A stretch of 64,000 bases of DNA from Bacteroidales bacterium UBA1628 (lineage in GTDB: Bacteria > Bacteroidota > Bacteroidia > Bacteroidales > UBA932). The notes below the pieces were generated by a model. That model had not been told where the DNA came from and ran no database searches. It was given only the letters and a program-made list of their open reading frames with translations. Where the stretch lies: positions 267 to 64,266 of the forward strand of contig DCMG01000006.1 of assembly GCA_002321335.1 (NCBI GenBank). Direction: 5' to 3'. The position numbers were made by a program, and so were the translations under genes. This document shows, one piece after another, positions 19,510-29,674 of the stretch. The first letter of the stretch is position 1. Each line of letters opens with the position of its first letter.

Positions 19510-20607
19510 TTATTTCCTGAAGTTGTTGTCGATGATCGCCTGAGGCAGAAGATCGCCGTAGACCTCGTAGCGGCCGGACTTGAAGTTCCCGACCCAGTCC
19601 ATCATGACCATGCCTGTGGTGGCGCACTCGCCGTTGACCAGACGCCGGTAAACAGTAGGGTTGTTGTTGGCGGCATTCTCCCGGTAGGTGTTGTCAGTCG
19701 AGATCAGCCCGGTGTACCCTGAGGTGTGGTTGATTGTCCAGCAATTGTTCTTTGCGTTCTCCGAGGCCCAGTCCATGAAGTCGCTGACGGCTTTCACCTT
19801 GACCTCCGGCTTCTCAACGTGATAGTAGTCTTGAACTCCAAGCGTGCCTTGGGCCACGCGGCTGGTGATCACGGCTCCTGTCGTCCCTTCCTCCGCAAAA
19901 CTCCATCCTGAGATGTAACCGCCTGTTATCGGCTGGTCAGCATAAGCGTCACGGGACAGAATCAGAATCTTGCCGCGCAGATCGCCCACTCTGAGGTCCG
20001 GGCGGTAGTCTATGCGGAACCTTGACGGGAATGTCTCCTCGCTGCCGAGAAACTCACTCATTAGGGAATTCCAGACTGACCTGTCATTGTAGGCCGGACT
20101 TCCGTTCTCGAACTGCATGATGACCACGGCGAACTCCGAAGGATTTTCATCTATCTTGTTCATGAGCGTCTGCACAGCTTTTTTGAAAGAAGTCTTTGTC
20201 GGGATGAACCCGTGGTAGACGTGAAGTTCGTTCTTGTACTTGAACGCCCTGACGCGAACCTTGCGGTAGCCTGGACGGAAGTCGTAGGCCCTTATTCCAA
20301 GATCCCACTGAGCGGACAGTCCAAGACTTTGGGTTCTGCCGATTGAAAAAGCGGTGCCGTCACCTGTGACAGCGTCGTGCGTGCCAGGAATGGATAGCCG
20401 CGCGAACGGAGTCGTGTCATCCAGCCCTGCCATCCAAGCCCCGTTGGAAGCATTGGCCTTGGTCACAGGTTCGTCTGAATATTCATCCTCTGCGACAGCC
20501 TCTCGCTGCTCCGCAAGCAGTTCCTCGTCAGTCGCCAGCTTCTCACTACAAGCCGCGAACATCACTGATGCGCATAAAGCGGCGGCAAAGAAAGATCTTT
20601 TCATCAT
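19510..20607 (-). CDS. PI-PLC X-domain phosphodiesterase lipoprotein
   Basis: Lipobox FAAC, TKA motif; WM..LDD......LSIPGTHD, GIRAYDFR, YHG, QDYY and GMVMMDW. Confidence 0.85.
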   Translation of the reverse strand: MMKRSFFAAALCASVMFAACSEKLATDEELLAEQREAVAEDEYSDEPVTKANASNGAWMAGLDDTTPFARLSIPGTHDAVTGDGTAFSIGRTQSLGLSAQWDLGIRAYDFRPGYRKVRVRAFKYKNELHVYHGFIPTKTSFKKAVQTLMNKIDENPSEFAVVIMQFENGSPAYNDRSVWNSLMSEFLGSEETFPSRFRIDYRPDLRVGDLRGKILILSRDAYADQPITGGYISGWSFAEEGTTGAVITSRVAQGTLGVQDYYHVEKPEVKVKAVSDFMDWASENAKNNCWTINHTSGYTGLISTDNTYRENAANNNPTVYRRLVNGECATTGMVMMDWVGNFKSGRYEVYGDLLPQAIIDNNFRK

Positions 20608-20708
20608 TGTCAAACTATTTATGAATATATTATTTCCACTTCTGTTGTGCCTTCTTTTCATCCACGCTCCGCGCGTGATCGTTGCCTATCATGCGCGGAA
20701 CAATCTGC

Positions 20709-23309
20709 TTATCGCCATTTGCTGAGACTGGTGATGGTGCTGTTGAGGTTCTCAAGACGCTTGTTGTACACATATTTCAGATTGTCCATCACCTCGTCAT
20801 ATTCCATACTTTCATCGCCGCAGGTCCAATAGCCTCCCAATGCGTTTCCAACCGGCCAGATCATGCGGTTATATTGATCTGAAAGTCTGTTTGCCTCTCG
20901 TCTTTCTTCCACTATTGTGTTAGCTAGATTCTTCAGATCCGGATAAACTTCCGCCCAACGGGCCTTGACGCGGTTGATATAGTTCTGGTCTTTCATCAGA
21001 AGAGGATACCACATATACATTTTACCCTCTCCTGATTTTGATCTTTGTATAAGCAGTGAGTTCCAACTATGGTAATAATCTCTGTTGACTGTCGTCCCTT
21101 TTCCGTCTATGTTTGTGAACGTCTGGCCATCGAAATCCCAGACAGGGCCGGCACAGAGTTTCCCGTCACCGTTTTTATACATATAAGTACTCTTCGGGTG
21201 CTGAAGCTCATCGTTGAGAGTGAGTTCATAGACGAACCAATAGTCGATCACAGAATTAATGTCTAACTTTTCGTAGGCCGCTGAATAATTGCCATTAGTC
21301 AGATTCGTCTCAATATCATTGATATAGGACTCGATTTGCTTGTAGATTCCATAGCCGCTTGCTGATTCTGAGAATGTCTCAGCAAACTCGTCCTTGAAGT
21401 TCACCGGAAGATTGCGTTTGGATGTTTTGAACTTCCAGATTTCGTCATAATAGGTGTCGAATTCCAGCAGATAACCGCAATCGCTGATCGTTGGCTCAAT
21501 CTTCAAATCGGCTTTCACGTCCGTATAGCAATCCTTGATTGGCAGACGATTACTACCAATCTTAATCTGTTCCCCAAGCAGATAGTTCCCCACGTGAACG
21601 CCATTGATAACAAGCTCGACGTTTGTCCCGGAAGGGTTCCATAGCAACCCCTTTCCGCTGGCACTTCCGTCTTCCGGACCATCTTTGAAATGATTCTGTA
21701 CCGTTTGGGCAATCTTGAACGCAAAGTAGTTGCGGATCAGTGACATATCCGTCCAAGGGGACAACAGAACCCACCTTTTGTGACTTTTCATTCCAAGAAC
21801 ATCGGCTTTTTTCTTTAGTTTGATCGCCAAAGGTCTCTTGTCATAACTCTGTGATGAATTTCCCCTGAGTCTGAATCCACATGCGGCATCTGACAAAGTG
21901 GCAACTCCGTTCTCATAGACTGAAATCCGGTCGTTTTCTCCCCATTCCTCGCTCTTCGCCTTGACCGTGAAATCAAGGTATGCCGCGCTTCCTCCATTCG
22001 TATTCAACACAACAACCGGAAGTCCTGTGTTTGTCACAGTGACGGTGTATGTGCTGCTTTCCGTACCATCCACAAGGGTGTATGACACCGGAGAACTGAA
22101 GTCCTGGCTTGTCGTGCCGCTTTTCTGGATTTCACCGTTGCAGTACACATTCACTCCTTTCGCCACCGTGAACGTTGGTGCGAGCGTAAAATTGTAAAGA
22201 TATGGGATGCAGCATCCGACCTTGTTCAAGGTATTATCCACATCGCATACGAAATCTTCCGCATTCTTCACTACGGTCGACCTGTTGCTCAGAACGGCAG
22301 TCTTACTGAGCAGGCTTGAAGGGTTGTTTGCTATTTCGAACTTGAAACTCTCGAAAACAGGAGGTTTGGCGTCGATGCGTCCGACCGTACAGTTGTTTTC
22401 TTCTTTCAGATTATTGAGGTTCAATGGAATATCATAGCAGCAACCAGCCTTGAAATCCGCGACAGCCTTGACCTCGAAAGTGACCTTATGCACATTCGTC
22501 AGAAGCTGGATCTCGATGACATCACCCTTCTTGATCGCAGGAGCGATGCTTGCATAGGCGATGGCTCTTTGCCCAACAGGTATTCCACCATTCTCTTCAT
22601 CAGTCAGTTTCACTGTGACACCGGACGATGTCTTGCCATCGACGGCGGCAAGTCCGGCTCCAAGGTTCTCAAGGTTCATCGTGAAATTTCCCGTCCACGC
22701 GCGAGCCGCGTCAGCATTCTTTTGTTTGAATATGATGGACAGGAGCCTCTCGGAACTCCCAACCGCCTCAAGCGCATTGCCGAATGACACCGAAACCTTT
22801 AAGAACGACACCATAGGTGTGAACATGAACCCGTAACTTCCGTCAGGCTTCACTACCGGCTTGTCACTGGCCTTGATGTCATTCGCCGCTATCGATGTGG
22901 ATCTTGTGTACAACTGCACTGGAGAGACCGTGACAGGAATCTCATTGCGATCTGTGGCTCCTTTCACATAAGGATAGTAAGCATATTTCGGACGGTCACC
23001 GGTGCTCATTGAGCCCTTGAATACCCCGGAAGATACAGCCGTGGAGAAAGTTCCATTGAACAGAGCGTTTGACGTTGAGTTGCCGAACACTCCAATCTGG
23101 TCTCCTGCAGACCACAATATTCCCAGGGAACCGTCCGCAGTCGGCTCTATGTCAATCTGAGTGCGCGTCAAACTCGGTTGTTCGATTTCTCCTGTGAGAC
23201 TGATTTCCTCAATCTGAGGATCCTGAATCTCATTGTTGCCAGCACACGATGAGATCGTGAGAGCGACGGACGCTACTACCAGCGCCGACACAAAATTAGT
23301 CCGTTTCAT
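20709..23309 (-). CDS. Lipoprotein: fimbrillin (type V pilin)-like N-terminal domain fused to CotH kinase domain (paralog 1)
   Basis: Lipobox ISSC, TRT, WSAGDQIGVF, YAYYPY; CotH motifs RGNSS, KRWVLL, GNYLLGE, GYLLEFD and GPVWDFD. Confidence 0.8.
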   Translation of the reverse strand: MKRTNFVSALVVASVALTISSCAGNNEIQDPQIEEISLTGEIEQPSLTRTQIDIEPTADGSLGILWSAGDQIGVFGNSTSNALFNGTFSTAVSSGVFKGSMSTGDRPKYAYYPYVKGATDRNEIPVTVSPVQLYTRSTSIAANDIKASDKPVVKPDGSYGFMFTPMVSFLKVSVSFGNALEAVGSSERLLSIIFKQKNADAARAWTGNFTMNLENLGAGLAAVDGKTSSGVTVKLTDEENGGIPVGQRAIAYASIAPAIKKGDVIEIQLLTNVHKVTFEVKAVADFKAGCCYDIPLNLNNLKEENNCTVGRIDAKPPVFESFKFEIANNPSSLLSKTAVLSNRSTVVKNAEDFVCDVDNTLNKVGCCIPYLYNFTLAPTFTVAKGVNVYCNGEIQKSGTTSQDFSSPVSYTLVDGTESSTYTVTVTNTGLPVVVLNTNGGSAAYLDFTVKAKSEEWGENDRISVYENGVATLSDAACGFRLRGNSSQSYDKRPLAIKLKKKADVLGMKSHKRWVLLSPWTDMSLIRNYFAFKIAQTVQNHFKDGPEDGSASGKGLLWNPSGTNVELVINGVHVGNYLLGEQIKIGSNRLPIKDCYTDVKADLKIEPTISDCGYLLEFDTYYDEIWKFKTSKRNLPVNFKDEFAETFSESASGYGIYKQIESYINDIETNLTNGNYSAAYEKLDINSVIDYWFVYELTLNDELQHPKSTYMYKNGDGKLCAGPVWDFDGQTFTNIDGKGTTVNRDYYHSWNSLLIQRSKSGEGKMYMWYPLLMKDQNYINRVKARWAEVYPDLKNLANTIVEERREANRLSDQYNRMIWPVGNALGGYWTCGDESMEYDEVMDNLKYVYNKRLENLNSTITSLSKWR

Positions 23310-23313
23310 ATTC

Positions 23314-26007
23314 TTATAAATTGTTAATGGCTGAGTTGAGCCCTTCGCGACGTTTCTCGAAGACATCATTGAAGTTCTGGATCACCTCCGGATAGGTAAA
23401 ATCATATTCATCGCCGCAGTTTCCGGCGTGGAGGTATTTGATGTTCCAGATCTTCCAGTTGGATTCCGCCGCTTTCTCACGCTCCTTTCCCATCTGTTCG
23501 ATGACTGGTCTTTGATTCTGCAGCACTGAACTGTAAAGGGAGTTCCACCTTGCTTTAACACGTGCGACAAAATACGGATCCTTAAACAGCCACGGGTACC
23601 AACCGTATGGGGAAGAGCTGGCCGAGTTCGTCCTTTGGTACATCAAAGCAGAGTAGCCGCCCAGATCTGTGAACTTGTAAGGTACGACTTCTCCCCAGTA
23701 TTTGGTACTCAGGTGCTCCGCCTCCATATTCTTTATGATACTGCTGCTGTTGTACTTCTCGATGTTTACATAGGTCTGGTAATCAAAATCCCAGACAGGA
23801 CCAGCGAAGTATTTACCGTTACCGTCCTTGTAGGCGAAGGCACTTTTCGGCCACTGCATCTCATCATTCATCGCAAGCTCGTTGATGATCCACCAGTCGA
23901 TCATTGAGTTGATGTCAAGCTTTTCGTATGCCTTGTCGAAATATTCCCTTGCTGTAGTCAGGTCATTATTGTCGATGCATTTCGCACCTTGATACAGATT
24001 CTCATCGAAGTCGTTGACATACGCCATAAATTCTTCCGCCATTGCCGGATAAGTTGTGATGTCCAAATCCTTGAACGCTATCGGAACATTGCGGCGCGCT
24101 GTGTTGGTTCTGTTCTCTTTTTCATCCGTGCTCATCTCAATCAGAAATCCACATTCTTCCAATTTTGCCGCCGCGTTCTTTTCCAGCACCTTGTCAACCT
24201 TCTTGTGGGTCAGATAAAGTCTGTTCTTGTTGATCTTGATGTGCTCGCAGAGGTAATAGGTGCCCACGTGGATCCCGTTCATCACGACTTCAACTGTCTC
24301 TCCGTGAGGATTCCAGACCAAGCCCTTGCCGAGTACTTTTTCCGTGCCTGCCGCATCCGTGAAATGCTCTTGTATTTCATTAGCCAGTCTGTATGTGAAG
24401 GCATTTCTCATCATCGACTTGTCGAACTGGCTCGCCACCAGACACCATCTGTCGTGGGCTTTCATACCCAGCACTGGCAAATCATCGCTCAACTTTATGT
24501 TGACAGGCTTCTTTGGCAAGCCTCTCGATGAATTTCCACGAGTCCTGATGCTGCAAACGTCAGTCATCTGTTGCGTGCCGTCCTTGTAGATTGTGAGAAC
24601 ATCGGATTTTGTCCAATTACCTTCCTTTCCGGTTATTTTGACTGTTCCGAACAGGATGTCTTTGCTTGTCACATTGTTGACGGTCTCCTGATTGATGTCC
24701 AGCACAACGACCGGCAATCCCGTGTTGGTTACCGAGACTTTATATTCCTTAGTCTCAAGCCCGTTTGAGACAGTATAGACCACGGGTTCGGATGATGAGA
24801 AATCCACTTCGCTTTCGCCGCTTGTCTGAACTTGTCCGTTCACGGTCACAACCGCTCCTTTGGAAGTTGTGAAGGTAGGGATCAGTTTGAAATCGTAAAG
24901 GTACGGGATGAACCCTTCAACGCTTCCTGCTGTCTGGTCGATCTCAAGCGCCTTGCTTGTCACGGAATGAAGAGTTGTCTCTGTGCTAGTCCCTTCGTAG
25001 TACGCTTCCTGCGTCAGAATCTTGCCCGCATTGTTGGCCACATCAAAACTGAAAGACCTTAGTTCCGGGGATTCTGCCGTAGGGTCAAAAATCTGCAGAT
25101 TGTTTTCCGGTCTCAGGTTGCTTAAGTCAAGGGGCACATCGTAGCAGAAGCCCGCCTTGAAATCCTGCAAAGCCGTGACATTGAACTTTACCGTATGCTT
25201 GTCAGTCAGAAGCATAACTTCGACAGCGTCTTCCGCCTTAACGCACGGGGCTATCGAAGCGTAGGCGACAACCTTCCGTGCTACGCTTTTCCCTTTGCCG
25301 TCCGTGTCTGTCAGATTCACCCTGATTGATGAATATGTTCCCTCAGCCACTGGAGCCAGCCCGGCCGACAGTTCCGCAAGGTTCATCGTGAAGTTGCCGG
25401 TCAACGACTTTTCGGCATTCGTGCTATTTACAATGATGGCATCGAGCGTCTCATCCGCATCAATCCCTGTCAGACCGTTGAATGCCACCTCAAACCTGAG
25501 GATGGAAACCATTGGCTTGAATATGAACCTGTAGCTCCCGTCTTTGGCCTTGACCGGAGTGTCGCTTGCCTTGATATCGTTTGCCGCGATCGAGGTCTCG
25601 TCAGAGTAGTACTGAACCGACGAGATTGTGACGGGGATGGTCTTGCTGTCTGTGGCCTCCTTCACGTAAGGGTAGTAAGCAGAGACAGGACTGTCTCCGG
25701 CATTCATCGAGCCGGAGAACAATCCTGAAGTTACCGCAGTGTTGAACTTTCCTTCAAATTCAGCGTTGCTTGTCGTCCCGCCGAACACACCGATCTTGTC
25801 ACCTGCCGACCACATTATCCCAAGGGAACCATCATCGGTCGGTTCGATGTCGATCTGTGTCCTTGTCACCGGAGGTTGTCCGAGTTCCCCCGTGAGAGTT
25901 ATCGTCTCCGCTTCTGGAAACTCAACCTCCTTGCTGCTTTCACACGAGGTCATCGTGAGCGTGGCGGCAACGGCGGCAAGCGCCGAAGCCATTTGAATTC
26001 GTTTCAT
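23314..26007 (-). CDS. Lipoprotein: fimbrillin-like domain fused to CotH kinase domain (paralog 2)
   Basis: Lipobox MTSC, TRT, WSAGDKIGVF, AYYPY; RGNSS, GTYYLCE and GPVWDFD; colinear with paralog 1. Confidence 0.8.
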   Translation of the reverse strand: MKRIQMASALAAVAATLTMTSCESSKEVEFPEAETITLTGELGQPPVTRTQIDIEPTDDGSLGIMWSAGDKIGVFGGTTSNAEFEGKFNTAVTSGLFSGSMNAGDSPVSAYYPYVKEATDSKTIPVTISSVQYYSDETSIAANDIKASDTPVKAKDGSYRFIFKPMVSILRFEVAFNGLTGIDADETLDAIIVNSTNAEKSLTGNFTMNLAELSAGLAPVAEGTYSSIRVNLTDTDGKGKSVARKVVAYASIAPCVKAEDAVEVMLLTDKHTVKFNVTALQDFKAGFCYDVPLDLSNLRPENNLQIFDPTAESPELRSFSFDVANNAGKILTQEAYYEGTSTETTLHSVTSKALEIDQTAGSVEGFIPYLYDFKLIPTFTTSKGAVVTVNGQVQTSGESEVDFSSSEPVVYTVSNGLETKEYKVSVTNTGLPVVVLDINQETVNNVTSKDILFGTVKITGKEGNWTKSDVLTIYKDGTQQMTDVCSIRTRGNSSRGLPKKPVNIKLSDDLPVLGMKAHDRWCLVASQFDKSMMRNAFTYRLANEIQEHFTDAAGTEKVLGKGLVWNPHGETVEVVMNGIHVGTYYLCEHIKINKNRLYLTHKKVDKVLEKNAAAKLEECGFLIEMSTDEKENRTNTARRNVPIAFKDLDITTYPAMAEEFMAYVNDFDENLYQGAKCIDNNDLTTAREYFDKAYEKLDINSMIDWWIINELAMNDEMQWPKSAFAYKDGNGKYFAGPVWDFDYQTYVNIEKYNSSSIIKNMEAEHLSTKYWGEVVPYKFTDLGGYSALMYQRTNSASSSPYGWYPWLFKDPYFVARVKARWNSLYSSVLQNQRPVIEQMGKEREKAAESNWKIWNIKYLHAGNCGDEYDFTYPEVIQNFNDVFEKRREGLNSAINNL

Positions 26008-26072
26008 CACTTATGTGAGTTTAAAACATTAACCTAATCAGCCATAGGTTAAGTTTTAGGTCGACTCGCTGG

Positions 26073-29000
26073 CTACAGCCCGAATCCCGTCCCTCCGTCA
26101 CTGTAGGAGGAGTCGTAGGTCTTCGCCTCCGGAGTCGCATCACGCACGCAACGGAGCTTGAACTTGTAGGCCAAGCCTACGGTTTCTCCTGTTGTGATGA
26201 TTGGAGTCTTTGCGCTTGCGTCATTCCTCAAATAATATATCATATATTCTGCTGAGGTTGATCCACGGTAGTATTTTGTCTTCGCTCCGATCAAGTCTCC
26301 TCCGTCTCCGTTTGTGGTCATCAAGTTGAAGTCACCACTGCAATGCAGCTGGATAAAGTAGAGTTCCTTCTCGTTCGGGATTCTCCATTTGCCTTTGTCG
26401 GCATCGCCTTCTTCTGAGTAATATTTCTCGCACCAGTCTCCGCTCATAAGTTCATTATAAGAGAAGGTGTTTTTGGTGATGGTCTGCCCGCTTATCGTAG
26501 TGTAATTTACGGTTATCTCGTTAATGTACAACCAATTATTACTGTTGTTATTCTGGTAAAGTCTAACATATTGTACGGACATGTCAGGAGCGGCACTGTT
26601 TGCTACGGTCACATTTCTGCCATTGGCACTGCCGATATCCGTCCAATTTTGCCCATCTGCAGAAATCTGAAGTGTTTGATTCTTTGGATAATCGTTATTA
26701 TTTTCCGAATAAATATTGACTGATGTCACCTTAACCGGAACGCTAAATTCAAGCTGCACATATTTCCCTCTTGCCTGCGCTTCTCCAGCCCACCAATATG
26801 TACTTTCGTTACCATCGACCAAATTGCTGACAGGGTTTTGGGTTTGATAAGTTGAGTAATTAGTCGTTACACTTATCTCCGCTTCTCCGCTAACCTCAAC
26901 TTCAGTCTCCAAGTTATTTTTTGCTATCTTGAAAGCCTTTGGCAATGTACTTGCCGCATCTGTGTTGAGATGTTCAGGATATTCACCGCTTTGCTCGTTG
27001 GTTCTAAGAGCCTCCGGTTTCAGACCGGTGATAGTCACTGTTCTGCTATCCTCTTTGAAAGAAGATATCTCTGAGAAGTCCGCATCAATTGACGTTCCAA
27101 GATTTCTTACGCAACGGACGCTTGGACTTTGTGGTTGGTATGTAGTACCGTTGTATGTACCGCCGGCTGAATAAGATCCGATAGCCACACCTTCTTTTGC
27201 CCACCAGATTCTGTAGCCGGCATTGCTGCTTGAAGCGTAAATTTCATTTGATGAGAATGTAATGTCGTTTGGCATAGCCTTCATTCCACACCACGTGTAG
27301 ATGTATTGGCGGAAGGATGGTACATACCATTTGATTTCATTTTTTGTGATTACCCCGTCACCATTAAGATCTCTGTTTCTGGACAGACATTGATAAAGTG
27401 GACTTGTATAATCACTTTGCATAACACTTGACGACACAACATCGGCATTGCCTATGTGCCCGTTTTCAGAGATGTTCACAATCGTACCCCACGCTTTGCT
27501 TGCATTGCTGATATTTGTCCAAGTGTCGTTTCGTCCGTTCTGATAGTCATTTCCCGAGAAGGTGTCTTCAACACCCATTGCACCGAACGCTGCGTTTGGA
27601 GTTTCCTCAACAGTCTCGAACCCGAATGGATTGCCGACGTTGTCGGCATAGAATGTCTTGATGGACTTCTGCTTGAGTGTGAAGCCTTCTCCTTCGATGT
27701 AGGAACTGTGGCTGTCCTTGCTGATGCTCGCTGTTCCGATTGTGAATGAAAGCGCTCTGTCGTCTTTGTTAACGAAGGAACTGTACGGCCTTCCATCCTC
27801 GTAGAAGTATTCGTCCACAAAAGCTTGGACATAGATTTTTCCGTTGGACACAAGGCAATGTGCGTAGTTGCTTGCTTTGATCTCTCCGATCAGAGTGTAG
27901 ATGTCAACCACGTCATCATTCTCAGGGTAATTTGCGAATGTCGAGGTAGATGCTGGCTTGCCGAACTTGACCCAAGAGACAGCGTCTATATGCTCGCTCT
28001 TATTGTTTGCCGCATCAATGAAACTCTTCATATTCCCTGACTCGTCAGGAGTCGTGGCGCTTATGCTGAAACTTGAGATGTTCTGTGTGAACGACAGCAG
28101 CACATTTTCATAGTGAGCGTCAAGATTCACCGTTACGTGTGGATCCGGACCGACTATCTGACCTTCGGCGCCTGGATTAGGTTCTTCACCTGTCTCAGAC
28201 TTAGCCTCAACAATTATGCTGTTGACTCCATTGATGGTGACAGTGTAGGTGTACTTTGCGTTACGTTTCACTGTGAAATTTCCGTAGGAGCCTCCGTTGC
28301 TCATATCAAAATTGCCGAGATGTATAGTGTACTTGACGTTTCCAGTCGCTTCCTTTCCGCTCTCTCCAGGTCCGGAATATGTCCCCTCAACCACAACGTA
28401 GGTGGCGTTGGCCGGGGCATAGGTGAAGGTGTTGTAGTCGCCAGCTTTCCTTGTCTCGCGGTCAGCATAGGTCCATGATTCCTTAGCCGTTGGAATCTGG
28501 ACATTTTCCGGCATGTAGAATGTGAACGTGTAGTCACCAGTGGCCGGGGCGGTGATAGGCAGGTCTTCGAAGTTCGTGAAGGCTTCGTTGCCATTCCCTG
28601 CATATTCATTCAACTCGCTTCTTTCGAGCAGGGTTGATGAGGTGGAGTAGTTGTAGATGCTGTAGTGCTGCGGGATGAATGTCACGCCGCTGCCGTTCTT
28701 GAATGTGAATATGTTCTTGGAGACTATCCTCCTGAGATGGAACACATTGTCGAATGTGTTCTCGCCCGGCTGGAGGGTGATTGTCGTGTTGTCGTCGGTG
28801 CCATAGCGGCCTGACATCATCACGGCCGTGGAGGTGATGTCACGTCCCGAAGCTGTGATGGTATATTCCTTGAACTCTGCGAGGGTTTTCTCTGCGAGGG
28901 TGTTGAGGTCTACGACCGTGTACTTGTCGTAGTTGGCGATAGGGTACATGTACCATTCGCCGCTGTACACTCCGTCGAGCTGCTCCTCGGTGAGGTTGAT

Positions 29001-29309
29001 CGTGTAGAGCCAGTTGGTTGTGGATTTTTTGCTTGTCGGTTGCCCGAGGTCATCTACCTTCACGACAACAGGCTTTGAGCTTGCCTGCTTCGCGTTGTAG
29101 AAGAGGATGGCCATCTTCTCGATGTTGGTCTCCTGCTGGTCGGTCGCCCTCGTGATGACGATGTCGTCCATGTTCGGTACCTCAACGTTAAACGAAAGGC
29201 TCACAGGAAGCCCCTCCTCCACGCTCTTCATCGGTTCTTCGTTCTGGCAGCCCGCAAGAACTGTGGCGGCCATAAATGCTGCGATTATCGCTTTGTATGT
29301 CTTTCTCAT
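26073..29309 (-). CDS. Large Mfa/Fim-like type V pilus tip lipoprotein with an inserted F5/8 type C (discoidin/CBM32-like) domain
   Basis: Lipobox LAGC, TRA, IAN, LRR.VSK, FYMPEN, VKRNAKY, RNRDLNGDG, KWYVPS, WRIPNEKEL, LRCVRD; discoidin motifs NLVDGN..TYW, QISADGQNW and YVRL. Confidence 0.75.
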   Translation of the reverse strand: MRKTYKAIIAAFMAATVLAGCQNEEPMKSVEEGLPVSLSFNVEVPNMDDIVITRATDQQETNIEKMAILFYNAKQASSKPVVVKVDDLGQPTSKKSTTNWLYTINLTEEQLDGVYSGEWYMYPIANYDKYTVVDLNTLAEKTLAEFKEYTITASGRDITSTAVMMSGRYGTDDNTTITLQPGENTFDNVFHLRRIVSKNIFTFKNGSGVTFIPQHYSIYNYSTSSTLLERSELNEYAGNGNEAFTNFEDLPITAPATGDYTFTFYMPENVQIPTAKESWTYADRETRKAGDYNTFTYAPANATYVVVEGTYSGPGESGKEATGNVKYTIHLGNFDMSNGGSYGNFTVKRNAKYTYTVTINGVNSIIVEAKSETGEEPNPGAEGQIVGPDPHVTVNLDAHYENVLLSFTQNISSFSISATTPDESGNMKSFIDAANNKSEHIDAVSWVKFGKPASTSTFANYPENDDVVDIYTLIGEIKASNYAHCLVSNGKIYVQAFVDEYFYEDGRPYSSFVNKDDRALSFTIGTASISKDSHSSYIEGEGFTLKQKSIKTFYADNVGNPFGFETVEETPNAAFGAMGVEDTFSGNDYQNGRNDTWTNISNASKAWGTIVNISENGHIGNADVVSSSVMQSDYTSPLYQCLSRNRDLNGDGVITKNEIKWYVPSFRQYIYTWCGMKAMPNDITFSSNEIYASSSNAGYRIWWAKEGVAIGSYSAGGTYNGTTYQPQSPSVRCVRNLGTSIDADFSEISSFKEDSRTVTITGLKPEALRTNEQSGEYPEHLNTDAASTLPKAFKIAKNNLETEVEVSGEAEISVTTNYSTYQTQNPVSNLVDGNESTYWWAGEAQARGKYVQLEFSVPVKVTSVNIYSENNNDYPKNQTLQISADGQNWTDIGSANGRNVTVANSAAPDMSVQYVRLYQNNNSNNWLYINEITVNYTTISGQTITKNTFSYNELMSGDWCEKYYSEEGDADKGKWRIPNEKELYFIQLHCSGDFNLMTTNGDGGDLIGAKTKYYRGSTSAEYMIYYLRNDASAKTPIITTGETVGLAYKFKLRCVRDATPEAKTYDSSYSDGGTGFGL

Positions 29310-29321
29310 AATTTCCACAGA

Positions 29322-29498
29322 TTAATCAAAGGTTACTCCGTTTTCAAATGAATCCCATTCGTCAACCTCGACGTTGGGTGTGTTCTCCTTCGCCTTGATC
29401 TCCACGCTGCTGGCGCAGACGGCGCTTTCGACGGTGACCCTCACCGTCCGTGTCACGGGGGCGAGGTACTCTTTCCTGATTTTTGCAATTCTCTTCAT
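29322..29498 (-). CDS. 58-aa peptide with YxxP leader; candidate RRE-dependent precursor
   Basis: MKRIAKIRKEYLAPVTRTVRVTVESAVCASSVEIKAKENTPNVEVDEWDSFENGVTFD; stop 12 nt before the next ATG; an alternative start exists at 29519. Confidence 0.7.
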   Translation of the reverse strand: MKRIAKIRKEYLAPVTRTVRVTVESAVCASSVEIKAKENTPNVEVDEWDSFENGVTFD

Positions 29499-29674
29499 AT
29501 CAGTGTCTTTCGTTTCCATTTTCGCTAAGGGCTGCCCCTCAGCAAATGCGTTAAATAGTTTTTTGTGTTTTGTTTGGATAGTGGGTGTATATTCATAAAA
29601 CAAAACACGCAAAACGGTGGATGAGCCTAGGAAGGCTCATTGCCGCCGTCTTGGTGTGTTGCTGGATGCAGGGT

